Virus record (IMG/VR): IMGVR_UViG_3300025838_000022 | Location: 1-64,000 of that record | Source: a virus | Lineage: Duplodnaviria; Caudoviricetes | DNA length: 64,000 bases | Direction: 5' to 3' (one strand) | Shown here: piece after piece, positions 47,735 through 56,534 of the stretch | Position numbering within the stretch: the first letter of the stretch is position 1 | Layout of the letters: each line of letters opens with the position of its first letter | The notes under the pieces: generated by a model | What the model was told of the DNA's origin: nothing | Databases searched by the model: none | Seen by the model: only the letters and a program-made list of their open reading frames with translations | Program-made: the position numbers and the translations under genes

Positions 47735-48135
47735 TTGAAAAAAGTGAGATTGCCTATGTAACTGGTGTTCTTACTAAACCTGATCTAAATGTTGTGCAAG
47801 AGAAAATTCTCATAACAGTTATTGCACGTAAAAAGAATCAGGAAGCAGATCTAGAGTTAATGCGTTTTGAAAATGCCATGTTGATCAATAACCCTGGCAT
47901 GTATCAAGAGTATATTCGTAATAAGGAAAGTGCTCCTGAAAACGAAGGTGCTGAGTGGAAGGCTCCAGAGACTGCCGAGGAAGCTGCAATACTTCAGAAG
48001 ATGTTTGAAGAAGCCAGCGAATTGGCTAATCAAGCTAATGATGAAAAAGCTGCCAACGAAGATTTTATCAGGCAAGTAGAAGAAATGAATTTGTTTAACG
48101 GTATTGACATAGATCAACTTGGAGGTGATGAATAA
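47710..48135 (+). CDS. Tail assembly chaperone C-terminal extension (gpT-like), reached by -1 frameshift
   Basis: RWESDPYVVEKSEIAY... is continuous with the 47794..48135 ORF, which lacks a good RBS. Confidence 0.75.
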   Translation, partial: RWESDPYVVEKSEIAYVTGVLTKPDLNVVQEKILITVIARKKNQEADLELMRFENAMLINNPGMYQEYIRNKESAPENEGAEWKAPETAEEAAILQKMFEEASELANQANDEKAANEDFIRQVEEMNLFNGIDIDQLGGDE

Positions 48136-50849
48136 TGGCACAAAATGATGATTCACTCCAAGTAAATTTAGAATTTACTGACAATACCGCACCACTTATT
48201 CAAGGTATGAGCGCCGCCGCTAGCGTGGCTGGCGAAATGCGTTCCGATATGGAAGCCATCGAGCAGGCCATGGGTAGCATTGCTGATCGTGCGGACGCAA
48301 TGCGAGCAGCTTACCAAGAAAACAGCGAGCTTATTAGCAATATGAAGCAGCTCTTGGAAACAATTGCTAGCATCAACGCAACAAACCAAACAAGCCTTAG
48401 TCAAAATATCCAGCAGATTAACGAAATGCTTCTTCAGACAAGAGGTCTTGGGGGTAACGTCGGCCATGTTATGACCATGCTTGGTATGGCGGGATCTCCT
48501 GGTGTTGGTAGCGTCAATGGTTATTCATACAATAGTAACCAGAGCACCTCTAGTCAGGACTTTAGTGGGTATGTAGGAAGTAGCTACATTAGCACTGGTG
48601 ATTCAACGAGCCCAACTGCCACTCTTGGCGACTGGTTTAAGGGTATTCGTGCTGTTAAGCGTGCTATAAAAAATCCTACTGGCACTGTTGAAGACAATAG
48701 TGCCACAAGAGCAATCCCATTGCCAACAGCCGGTAGTGGTGGAGGCTCAAGGAAACCACCAAGGGTATTAACAACTGGCGGCCCTTCTGGCCCCATGGAC
48801 GATGAGCCAAGGATTAATGATCCTGACTTTAATGAAAATTGGATCGGTGTAGATTTACCAGAAGGTGATTACATTGAACCAGAAGGTGTTTCTAGTCTAT
48901 ATACAGACCAGTTAAAAAACCGTTGGAATAAACTCAATTTGCCATTGGATGCCTCTGATCCAGCATTGATTGCCTATAAAAAAATGAATAGGACTGTCAA
49001 AAATGCTATGGGTCAAGGCCCATTGGGTAAAAAACTTTATAAGAGATGGCAAAAACATCTTGTAAATTCCGGCATCACACCAGAAGCTCTTAGAGAAGCA
49101 ACAGCTTCAATGGGTGCCCCTGAATATACTCAAATAACAGATGAGTATGGCGATTTCATTGATCAAAAGATCAGAACAACACCAGTCCCTGAAGACGTAC
49201 AAGCCCAAACTCTGGACACTGCTAACCAAGTTGCCCGTATTTTTAGTAGTGGTTTGTATGAGTCTCTCGCTAAATTTACTGGTCTTGCTACTGCTGTTAA
49301 AAACGCTGGCGGTGCGATTGGTGACGTTTACTCTGCTGCACAAGGGCAAATGGGTCAGATCAGACAACTTACCAATGCTACTTATATGCAAAATGGAGCA
49401 TTTGGTGAAGTTGACTACGGTCGTACTTTGAACCTGGGTGTCCAATCGTGGATGAAGTCGTGGGGTGGTTTAAACCCATTTTATAATCAAGCACAAGTGC
49501 AATCAGCACAAATGGGTGCAGCCGCTCTTGGTCTAAGAGGCGGTGCCCTTAATGGTTATGTAGACACATCTTTGGATATTGCTCTCCGTCGTTGGGGTAT
49601 GACGCAGGACCAGTTTAATCAGTTCTCAGCACAAGCAATGGGTGCTGGTTATATGACTAACAACTATAACCAATACATGCAGCAATACAATGCTGCCAGA
49701 GACTATGCCAATGGCAATAACAATACATCTCTAGGCTATGCAAACTACGCGTTTAACCAGGGCGCAAACTCTGCTGCTGCTATGGGTATGGGCAATGGTT
49801 ACGCTGCTGCTCGTCAAGGCTACCTCGCAATGCAGTTCGGTGCTGGTAACTATGTTGCTCAAGCTGCTGGTATGACGGGGAATGAACTACAAGGATCAAT
49901 GCTTGGCAATGTTCTTCTTGCACAGAATCTTGGTGTAAGCGTTATGGGCCTTTATGGCAAAGAATTGCAGCTTGGTAAGCAAGGTGGTGCTGGTGCACAA
50001 ACCCAAGCAATGGCGCAAAATGCCAGCAATGAGCAGATCCTTACTTGGGCTGGCATCGATATTAAATCCCAATACAAAAGTCATAGTGATTTTAGTACAA
50101 AGAATGCAAACGCCATTGAACGATTGAATTTTATGTTGAATTCTGGGCAGTTGCCTGCTGCTCTGAGCAAGTACGGTGCAAGCTTCCAGCAAACAGATAC
50201 CTGGGCATGGAGCGTTGTTCAACAACACCAACGTCTTACTCACCCTGGACAAAGTGGCGGTCTTTTGGGCCACATCTTTGGTACAGACCTTGGCCACGCT
50301 TTGAGCAACATTGGTCACGCTGCTGCAGGAGTGCTAGACATACCAAGTGCAGTAATTGGTAAAGTCTACACTGGTGCATCAGATGCAGTAATTGGTATTG
50401 GTGGTGCTTTAGCTGGTCAATCTTTGGCTGAAATTAAGAGTGAACAAAACACTTGGCACCATTACACATGGCAAGATGTTGGAAGTAAAGCGCTGGGTGT
50501 TGGTCATGACTTAATTAATGCTGAACAAGCTGTCAATAGAGACTGGGGTGGTGACGTTAAGAATTGGACTAGAAACGTTGTATCCCAAGGCATCCCAACA
50601 CTTGAGACCGGTGGGGCTAATGTTCTCGCTTCATATGCCACTGGTAGAGATGTTTTAGGTGGTGGAACTTTTGCAAGTCACATACCAGGTTATGGCGGAT
50701 CTGGTGGATCACAACAGTCTATTGAAGTAAATATTCACCCGAATGCTAAACATTTGATTACTGCAGCAGTTAAGTCGGCAACAAATGGGTTTAACAATGG
50801 TCAAGTACCATTGAATAGACAACCTGGTATAAATAGTATAATGGGTTAA
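48135..50849 (+). CDS. Tape measure protein
   Basis: 904 aa, Ala/Gly/Gln-rich helical, follows the chaperone pair. Confidence 0.8.
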   Translation: MAQNDDSLQVNLEFTDNTAPLIQGMSAAASVAGEMRSDMEAIEQAMGSIADRADAMRAAYQENSELISNMKQLLETIASINATNQTSLSQNIQQINEMLLQTRGLGGNVGHVMTMLGMAGSPGVGSVNGYSYNSNQSTSSQDFSGYVGSSYISTGDSTSPTATLGDWFKGIRAVKRAIKNPTGTVEDNSATRAIPLPTAGSGGGSRKPPRVLTTGGPSGPMDDEPRINDPDFNENWIGVDLPEGDYIEPEGVSSLYTDQLKNRWNKLNLPLDASDPALIAYKKMNRTVKNAMGQGPLGKKLYKRWQKHLVNSGITPEALREATASMGAPEYTQITDEYGDFIDQKIRTTPVPEDVQAQTLDTANQVARIFSSGLYESLAKFTGLATAVKNAGGAIGDVYSAAQGQMGQIRQLTNATYMQNGAFGEVDYGRTLNLGVQSWMKSWGGLNPFYNQAQVQSAQMGAAALGLRGGALNGYVDTSLDIALRRWGMTQDQFNQFSAQAMGAGYMTNNYNQYMQQYNAARDYANGNNNTSLGYANYAFNQGANSAAAMGMGNGYAAARQGYLAMQFGAGNYVAQAAGMTGNELQGSMLGNVLLAQNLGVSVMGLYGKELQLGKQGGAGAQTQAMAQNASNEQILTWAGIDIKSQYKSHSDFSTKNANAIERLNFMLNSGQLPAALSKYGASFQQTDTWAWSVVQQHQRLTHPGQSGGLLGHIFGTDLGHALSNIGHAAAGVLDIPSAVIGKVYTGASDAVIGIGGALAGQSLAEIKSEQNTWHHYTWQDVGSKALGVGHDLINAEQAVNRDWGGDVKNWTRNVVSQGIPTLETGGANVLASYATGRDVLGGGTFASHIPGYGGSGGSQQSIEVNIHPNAKHLITAAVKSATNGFNNGQVPLNRQPGINSIMG

Positions 50850-50851
50850 CC

Positions 50852-51451
50852 ATGACACAGTTATTTATCAACAGTCAAGAAGTAGCAACGTTAACAGACA
50901 GAGTTGCTCAAAAAACATATAGCTTCCCGTTCAATATTAATACAATGAACTGGAACTATGAGCTAAACACTCAAAGCTTTAGTACAATTGGTGGCCGAGT
51001 CACCCAACTTTTGTCAACAAAGATCACAACACTTGTTATCCAAGGAGACGCTGGTAGTAGATACAATCTCCTGCAGCTTTGGGAAAACTACAAGTCGATC
51101 CAGGATGGTCAAACCCAGCACAAAATATCAGCAATTTTTTCTGTGCCAAGCCAACCTGGTCTAGGGTTCTATGTTTGGTTGGAAAACTTCCAAATGGGGT
51201 TCGGCACCACCACAGTTTCTTATGAATACACATTGTATATGGAAGTACAAATAGACGTTGGCCTTCTTGCCACCAACGCTTCAACAGCAGATGCATTAAG
51301 TAGGATTGTTAATAACAATGGTGGAGAGATCGGGTTCAGCAGTCAGTTCACCGGCCTAGACACATCTCTTGTAAACCTTCAATTCAAAGACGTTGAAAGC
51401 GCACTCAGCACGGGTGCAATTTATGGTACGACCAGCACAACACCGAGGTAA
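50852..51451 (+). CDS. Putative tail tube initiator / baseplate protein
   Basis: FPFNINTMNWNY...TIGGRVTQLL; position after tape measure. Confidence 0.6.
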   Translation: MTQLFINSQEVATLTDRVAQKTYSFPFNINTMNWNYELNTQSFSTIGGRVTQLLSTKITTLVIQGDAGSRYNLLQLWENYKSIQDGQTQHKISAIFSVPSQPGLGFYVWLENFQMGFGTTTVSYEYTLYMEVQIDVGLLATNASTADALSRIVNNNGGEIGFSSQFTGLDTSLVNLQFKDVESALSTGAIYGTTSTTPR

Positions 51452-51453
51452 TA

Positions 51454-51648
51454 ATGCAAAACGATATTAACTCAAACAAAATTAGTACTAATTACTCTAA
51501 CTGCAGAATATCAGGGCCCATTTTGCACCCAGATAAACAAGACATTGTGATGAATGGTTTTGCCTGGAGTAGTTCTCTTGGTATGATCCATCAGGTTTCA
51601 CCTATTTCTGACGGGAGTTTGCAGCAATGGCTGGGAACGCAACAGTAA
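51454..51648 (+). CDS. Small hypothetical protein
   Basis: 64 aa, GAGG RBS. Confidence 0.5.
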   Translation: MQNDINSNKISTNYSNCRISGPILHPDKQDIVMNGFAWSSSLGMIHQVSPISDGSLQQWLGTQQ

Positions 51649-52346
51649 CGTTGATTAACGATCAGGGTAACCAACAAAATTACGAGATTTGGATTCAGGG
51701 TATCCAGACAAGCTCGAGCACAGAGTTCTCTGCTGTACAAGTGCGTGATGCTATGCAATGGCAGCCAATTAGACGTGCAGAGCGATTCATTACTTTTCAA
51801 GCGATATGGCCTTTAATTGGTACAAGCAACGATATCCCAGTTGGGTTTGAGGACCTTGATCCACACGATGGTTTTGGCAGAATGAATAAGTTTCAGAATG
51901 CCATCCAATTGCATCAAATTTATGGTGGTATTGGATCTACCAACATACCTATGCTGCTTAACTATTATAACAACTCTGATACTACTTCTCCTATTTACAA
52001 CCCGTTAATTGGTTTGCAAAAAACAAATCTTTATTACAGAGGTTGGATTAAAAACGTAGAAAAACAATACGTTCGTTTTCAAAACTTATTTATTACTAAC
52101 TATAGTATGAATATAATTATGGATAATTATGCAGATACTCCACCAACTATTATTCAACCGCAAGCAAATGTTACTTATGCTCCAACAGCAGCAGACCAAC
52201 TCGCATACGGTTCAAGCTGGCTGAATATTAATGCAATGGCATCAGCGGCAGATAAGATTAACATCACGTACGTACCAGCGTCTGGTACACCCGTATACGA
52301 TTTATCTTCGGCTTCTGCATCTGGGAATGGTACAACAACATCATGA
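51627..52346 (+). CDS. Putative baseplate protein
   Basis: 239 aa in the baseplate module. Confidence 0.65.
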   Translation: MAGNATVTLINDQGNQQNYEIWIQGIQTSSSTEFSAVQVRDAMQWQPIRRAERFITFQAIWPLIGTSNDIPVGFEDLDPHDGFGRMNKFQNAIQLHQIYGGIGSTNIPMLLNYYNNSDTTSPIYNPLIGLQKTNLYYRGWIKNVEKQYVRFQNLFITNYSMNIIMDNYADTPPTIIQPQANVTYAPTAADQLAYGSSWLNINAMASAADKINITYVPASGTPVYDLSSASASGNGTTTS

Positions 52347-55255
52347 GTTTTAATCAATCAGGTACTTTTATTTACTCGCCGGATATTAGTGTTGCTATCA
52401 GCACTGTTAACAATGGTGTTATTGACGTATCAGCGGATATTGTCAATTTTCAAATGAGTCGTAATATTAATTCTGTTAGTACATTTAGTTGTACGCTCAA
52501 TAACCCTTTGCGCAAATACAACAGAATGATTAACACGATGGACAGAATCACTGTGTTTTTGAAAAGAACCCAGTTTGTTCAATGCTTTACTGGTCTTGTT
52601 ACGTATGCGCCTATTGAAACTCTGGTGCCAACACCGATCACAATCCAAGCAAGCTGCACACTCTATATCCTTCAGAATACATACTGGGATGACACGCTGC
52701 TTGAATTCCAGCAGCTCCTTCTTAACATGTTTGACCAGACTGCTCAGAGCACTGACCAAACACAAAACGACGGTGGTGTTGGCCAGGCATTGGTAAACGT
52801 TCTCTATAGAGTGGCTGGATGGGACCCAAATGCTATTCACGTGCAAGGAATCCCACCAAAGTTTTTAAGCAATGCTGTCCAAGCATATAAAAACATTATT
52901 ATTTCCAGCGAACTTGACCAAGCTTCTGTCGTTGAACTGGCTGCAGTACTAAGCGCCAATAGCATTACAAGTGGTAAAACAGTAGCGAATGGTGCTTATA
53001 CGTTTAATGGGCTAGAAACTTTAAATAGCAACTCTGCCCCTGATGGCGGTGTTGGTGTTAGCGTTTCTGCTTCTCAAGCAGGTGCATTTATTACACAGCC
53101 AATTGTTAATAGCAAACAAAACTTCCCAGGACCAAATACTCTTAACCCTGTAAACATTAATCAGATCACTCAAGATATTTATTACTGCTCAGCACCATGG
53201 TCTTACTTGTCCTATCAAAATATGAGTGGTTTGACAGACAAACAAAAACAAAAGAATCAGTCAATCATTGATAACGCCAAAAATTGGCTTAGCACTAACC
53301 CAGCTACCGGCAATAATGATGGCAGACTTTTGCTCGTATGTAACCAATCGACAAGCAAAGTTGTTGCTGTGAGAGCAACAAGCATTGCACAGCAACCCAA
53401 CGAATCATTAAAGGGTTACGCTGTATACGCACCCTATGTAAACTTTCTACAGTTACACCCTGGCATCGTTGCTTACCTAAATGGCAAAGTCGGTGATCCA
53501 ACTGCATGGAAGTCGACCATTGATCCAGGTGTAGCAGACATTACTTTCCAATGGGCTGATTCAACAAAAGTTTCTAGTGCAGGCAAACTCCCAGACCTTG
53601 ATTCGCCACAGTCTAAAAACTACCTTACGCCAAACCAAACAAGCCTTGGTGACCCCAGCGTAGTAAACAAAGCTCTTGACGCAATGGTATTCGCACTTGT
53701 AGGTCAGCTTGGTGACTCATATAGCGAGTCAAGTAAAGGTAGAATCAACCCAGGTGCATACGGCACTGGCACTGGATCATTTGACTGTTCAGGTCTTGCT
53801 TCATGGGCTTATAGCAAGATTGGTATCAACTTGAATGGTTGGCCTTACTGTGATACATGGTCACTTTATGGCCCTCAAACAACCCCAGGTCAGAGCCCAT
53901 CGGGTACTTACACGCAGGGCGCAGAACCTGGAACATACGGCCAATGGATTCCGAACACGCAGCAACCACAAAAGGGTGACCTTATTTTCTGGGAAGTGCC
54001 GCTTGATGCACAAGGTGTGCCACCAGGGAATCCTAACCTAAATGCACCGCAGCACGTATCTATTATGGTGGCAAACTTTGGTGATCCAGGGCCCGCAGGA
54101 ACAAAGTTTGAAGGAACAAAAGGAAACCCTGACATTGGTTACCTGATTGAATCGTCTGGCGGTTCACTTGGGCCAAACATTCAACAAATTAGTTGGAGTG
54201 CAATGGCCAATGGCCAATGGCTATACTCAGGCCAGTCATATACAGCTCGTTCTATTGGCTGCCGTAGACCTATTACGTTGCACCCAGCTTGGGGTCAAGC
54301 TGCAATGCAGAACTTTAGCATTATTGCTTCTGCACAATCGAACTCAAACATTGTTGCCCCTGGCACAAGCACAGGTACTAACCCATCGACTGCTGTTGGT
54401 GCTACATCACAGACCGCAGACCCAAATAATGCAAACCAAAGAGCAACAATTAGCATCGCTAACTCGTTTAACAACTTGATGCAAATGCCAAGTTTTGACG
54501 TAAGAGCTAGTTCTATGGTGGGAACACCTCGAGCATTTTTGCTTGACAACCCTGTGATGCAAGATATTACTCAGATCATCGGTGCTGGTTTGCGTCAGTA
54601 TATGAGTGCACCGAATGGCGACTTCGTTGCATGGTTCCCAGACTGGTATGGTGTATACGGTACTGACCCAGTGCTTGAAATTAGTCCTGTAGAGATTATT
54701 GACTTCCAGATCTACCACGATGATACACAATTGGCAACACACGTTGGTATCGTTGGTGACACTAATGGTATTGGTCAGCAAGTCAGCTTTGGAGACTATA
54801 TGACAACCAATGGTATTGTTAGCATCCAAGACGTATCAACAATGAGAATTCTTTTTGGTAATGATTTTAGCCAAAATACTGGTGCTGATGTTGCTGCAAC
54901 GCTTGCTTATACTAAGTTTTTAAATAGATATGGTATTAGACCATTTGTACAAGAACAAAATATGATTCACAGTCATATTATGGAATACATGTACGCTTTG
55001 TACACGTTTATGAATCAATGGTCTAACCAATTCTCGAGTAGTATCCAGCTTACATTCATGCCTGAACTTTATCCAGGCATGAGAGTTGTTATGAACCTTG
55101 ACGATGAACAAGGTGGCACTGTACAATACAAGTTCTACTGTACATCTGTTCAACATTCTGGCGACAGAACAAATGGGTTTACTACACAAGCAACGTTTAC
55201 TGCCCCGATGAAGGGTAATAACATTATGCACTACGGATTGAATATTGGATCATAA
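52343..55255 (+). CDS. Baseplate hub protein with internal NlpC/P60 peptidoglycan hydrolase
   Basis: Hub-like termini (FSCTLNNP; FMPELYPGMR...SVQH); internal FDCSGL...KGDLIFW...HVSI. Confidence 0.85.
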   Translation: MSFNQSGTFIYSPDISVAISTVNNGVIDVSADIVNFQMSRNINSVSTFSCTLNNPLRKYNRMINTMDRITVFLKRTQFVQCFTGLVTYAPIETLVPTPITIQASCTLYILQNTYWDDTLLEFQQLLLNMFDQTAQSTDQTQNDGGVGQALVNVLYRVAGWDPNAIHVQGIPPKFLSNAVQAYKNIIISSELDQASVVELAAVLSANSITSGKTVANGAYTFNGLETLNSNSAPDGGVGVSVSASQAGAFITQPIVNSKQNFPGPNTLNPVNINQITQDIYYCSAPWSYLSYQNMSGLTDKQKQKNQSIIDNAKNWLSTNPATGNNDGRLLLVCNQSTSKVVAVRATSIAQQPNESLKGYAVYAPYVNFLQLHPGIVAYLNGKVGDPTAWKSTIDPGVADITFQWADSTKVSSAGKLPDLDSPQSKNYLTPNQTSLGDPSVVNKALDAMVFALVGQLGDSYSESSKGRINPGAYGTGTGSFDCSGLASWAYSKIGINLNGWPYCDTWSLYGPQTTPGQSPSGTYTQGAEPGTYGQWIPNTQQPQKGDLIFWEVPLDAQGVPPGNPNLNAPQHVSIMVANFGDPGPAGTKFEGTKGNPDIGYLIESSGGSLGPNIQQISWSAMANGQWLYSGQSYTARSIGCRRPITLHPAWGQAAMQNFSIIASAQSNSNIVAPGTSTGTNPSTAVGATSQTADPNNANQRATISIANSFNNLMQMPSFDVRASSMVGTPRAFLLDNPVMQDITQIIGAGLRQYMSAPNGDFVAWFPDWYGVYGTDPVLEISPVEIIDFQIYHDDTQLATHVGIVGDTNGIGQQVSFGDYMTTNGIVSIQDVSTMRILFGNDFSQNTGADVAATLAYTKFLNRYGIRPFVQEQNMIHSHIMEYMYALYTFMNQWSNQFSSSIQLTFMPELYPGMRVVMNLDDEQGGTVQYKFYCTSVQHSGDRTNGFTTQATFTAPMKGNNIMHYGLNIGS

Positions 55256-56052
55256 TGAGCGTTTCAGGAAGACAATACGATAGAAACAGTGGCGTGAGAA
55301 GAGTGGTCTTAACCACTGGACCAATTCTTCACCCGCTCAGTAAAGCACCCAATGCTTCGCAAAATTATTATTGCCTTGCCTTGGACATGAAGGGTTTTCA
55401 AGTCCAAATTGACTTGCAAGCTATCCCAGCCGGAGTAACCCTCCAACAAATTCAGCCAAATCAGGTATGGTGGGTAGAGAAGCGAACAACTTTATACAGG
55501 CTTTACTTGTATGGTGGAACAATGGATCCACAAACGCGTCAGATTGATAGTACAGGGTTGTTGCCTAATGATACAACTGCTAAGTATTACGCTAATTACT
55601 ACAGCACTGTAACCCAAACAGCCCCTTTAGCTAATACACCATATGCGACTACCTATAACGTAACATCAGATGCTAATGGTTTCAATGTAGACTCTACGGG
55701 TAGTCAAATTACAGCACAGTATGCCGGAACCTATCAGTTTATCTTTACAGCACAAATCATCAACAATAATTCATCAGGAACTGCCACTAACAATATTAGT
55801 TTTTGGTGCAGAATAAACGGTGTAGATGCACCTTGGAGTGCTGGTGAATACACAAGTTTTTCAAAGGGTGGCGGCGTTACACCAGGTTTGGTAGGAAGTT
55901 GGAATTTTATTGCTGAAATGGAAGCTGGGGATTATCTACAGCTGATGTGGGGCGTAGACAACTCCAGCAATTATTTGCAACTTGTAGCACAGCCAAACCC
56001 ACCATACGGACCAGCTGTGCCGTCTGTAACCATAACAGCACAGCAAATATAA
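55255..56052 (+). CDS. Putative baseplate spike-position protein with C-terminal C1q/BclA-like beta domain
   Basis: Between hub and gp25-like gene; AGTYQFIFTAQI...AGDYLQLMW. Confidence 0.55.
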   Translation: MSVSGRQYDRNSGVRRVVLTTGPILHPLSKAPNASQNYYCLALDMKGFQVQIDLQAIPAGVTLQQIQPNQVWWVEKRTTLYRLYLYGGTMDPQTRQIDSTGLLPNDTTAKYYANYYSTVTQTAPLANTPYATTYNVTSDANGFNVDSTGSQITAQYAGTYQFIFTAQIINNNSSGTATNNISFWCRINGVDAPWSAGEYTSFSKGGGVTPGLVGSWNFIAEMEAGDYLQLMWGVDNSSNYLQLVAQPNPPYGPAVPSVTITAQQI

Positions 56053-56084
56053 TGTACTACAACCCTTATTTTGCATAAGATATT

Positions 56085-56534
56085 ATGAAGACGATTACAG
56101 TTAGCAATGGCGATATCCAGTTAAACAATGGTAAAATACAGTTTGTCACAGGCCAAAATAAATTGATTCAAGACATCCAGCTGTGGCTTATGGAGCCTCT
56201 TGGAACTGGTTTTACCACACCAAACTTTGGTAGTCTTCTAGTTGGTATGGTTGGTGGTGCCCAAAATGGTGCCACACAAAGCACCATAACCAATGAAATT
56301 AAAAGAGTATTACAGCTTTACCAGGCTCAACAAGTATATAATCTTAAAAACGCTCAGAACACAGCTACATTGGCCAATTGGAACAGATCTGAAATTATAC
56401 AAAGTATTAATTCTGTAAACGTTTCTGTGCAAAATTCAACTGCAGTAGCAAATGTTAGTTTATTGACATTGGCAAACAGCACAATTAATATTAATGTAAT
56501 TATCAATAGCAATGGAGTCAGTGTAAATGGCTGA
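56085..56534 (+). CDS. Baseplate wedge protein, gp25/GPW-like
   Basis: KLIQDIQLWLMEPLG...PNFGS motif. Confidence 0.8.
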   Translation: MKTITVSNGDIQLNNGKIQFVTGQNKLIQDIQLWLMEPLGTGFTTPNFGSLLVGMVGGAQNGATQSTITNEIKRVLQLYQAQQVYNLKNAQNTATLANWNRSEIIQSINSVNVSVQNSTAVANVSLLTLANSTININVIINSNGVSVNG

